Below, piece by piece: positions 63,287-64,000 of a stretch of 64,000 nucleotides of DNA. The position numbers were made by a program, and so were the translations under genes. The stretch is from Takakia lepidozioides (lineage: Eukaryota > Plantae > Bryophyta), in the NCBI GenBank assembly GCA_030704615.1, contig CM060732.1, forward strand, positions 19,034,001-19,098,000, read 5' to 3'. The notes under the pieces are model-generated. The model was not told the origin of the DNA, searched no databases, and was given only the letters and a program-made list of their open reading frames with translations. Within the stretch, counting starts at the first letter, position 1. The number at the start of each line of letters is the position of its first letter.

Positions 63287-64000
63287 CCCCAACATCCATT
63301 TATTTCGTTTTTACCTTTATGTTCTCCCGCTCAGCCTCCACCTTCGGTAGCCAAAGCTGCATGTCAGTACAATGTTGGTTTTATTTTTATTTTTATTTTT
63401 TTTCGACATCCATTTATTTCGTTTTTACCTTTATGTTCTCCCGCTCAGCCTCCACCTTCGGCAGCCAAAGGTAGCATGTCAGTACAGTCCCGTGTCATTT
63501 TTCATTATTGTTTCTCACAAATCCAAGCATACAATTACGGGCAGCCTGAGAAAAAATATTATATTGTCATGTGGCCGTCGTTTGCGCATCCACGTCACAC
63601 TGATGGCTGATGACTGATGGCTAATAGCTGATAGAATAGCAAACCCCCACATTTTTTATGAGTTACATTGTCACTTTCATGTCAAAATATTTGTGTAAGT
63701 ATTTGCGGGTGGGGGTATATGTAGGACCTGAAGATTTGCCATCTTCTAGATCCCATGCATATTGAGAAGAATGTTTGCTCGTTTTTTTTCCGGATTCTTC
63801 ATGGCACGCCGACAAAGAAGAGAGTGGCTGCAAAAGGAGATTCTCTCGGTGTTAGAAAGGAGCTTGAGGAGCAGGGTCGCACGCGCCGTCTATGGGCCGA
63901 ACAAAATGGTGTGGACCCAAAGGGTGTTGTATGGTGGAAGTATAGGCGCGCACCTTGGCAATGGACAAAGGAGGAATACAAGAACGTGATAGCCACCATA
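60840..64000 (+). pseudogene. CACTA Tnp2 transposase copy 2, disrupted
   Basis: Same motifs as copy 1; deletion near 61230, TAA at 61381, insertion 62912-63647. Confidence 0.85.
62912..63647. mobile_element. 736-bp non-autonomous TIR element related to the 15-kb MULE
   Basis: 8-bp TSD CACATTTT (62904-62911, 63648-63655); absent at the homologous site near 29115; right end read inward GGGGTTTGCTATTCTATCAGC followed by CATCAG repeats. Confidence 0.85.

Larger units (their letters stand above)
57540..64000 (+). mobile_element. CACTA/EnSpm element copy 2; left end approximate, runs off the window
   Basis: TGCGAC/GTCGCA repeats and telo-box 57810-58010 as at 31480-32100; colinear with copy 1. 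Confidence 0.75.

Overview
Eukaryotic DNA from a land plant, probably a non-seed plant (inferred from GT-AG introns, PLS-class PPR fragments, CACTA, Mutator and Ty3 elements). The only clear host gene is the 5' part of DEP1/MtnB (minus strand, 37-2287). The rest is nested transposons. A CACTA/EnSpm element (about 5.5-32.1 kb) is split by a second, non-autonomous CACTA (8822-29011, TSD TAC) carrying PPR fragments. That element is in turn split by a 15.15-kb Mutator-like element (12429-27578, 8-bp TSD GAGATGAG), the standout of the window. It has (i) an intact GCM-like/DDE/SWIM transposase; (ii) a divergently transcribed, multi-exon gene of about 1,200 aa joining a ParB/Srx-type domain (DGNHR) to a beta-class N6A/N4C DNA methyltransferase fold; (iii) more than 40 copies of a 22-bp palindrome (GGAAATGCGG-YR-CCGCATTTCC), about 28 of them on a 53-bp (five helical turn) period and others singly inside that gene's introns; and (iv) a head-to-head pair of orphan paralogs. 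Further right lie a Ty3/Gypsy element broken by an 8.4-kb inversion, a 500-N gap, a decayed chromovirus, and a second CACTA copy carrying a SET-domain gene and a 736-bp non-autonomous relative of the Mutator element. All domain calls are by-eye motif recognition; no database search was run.
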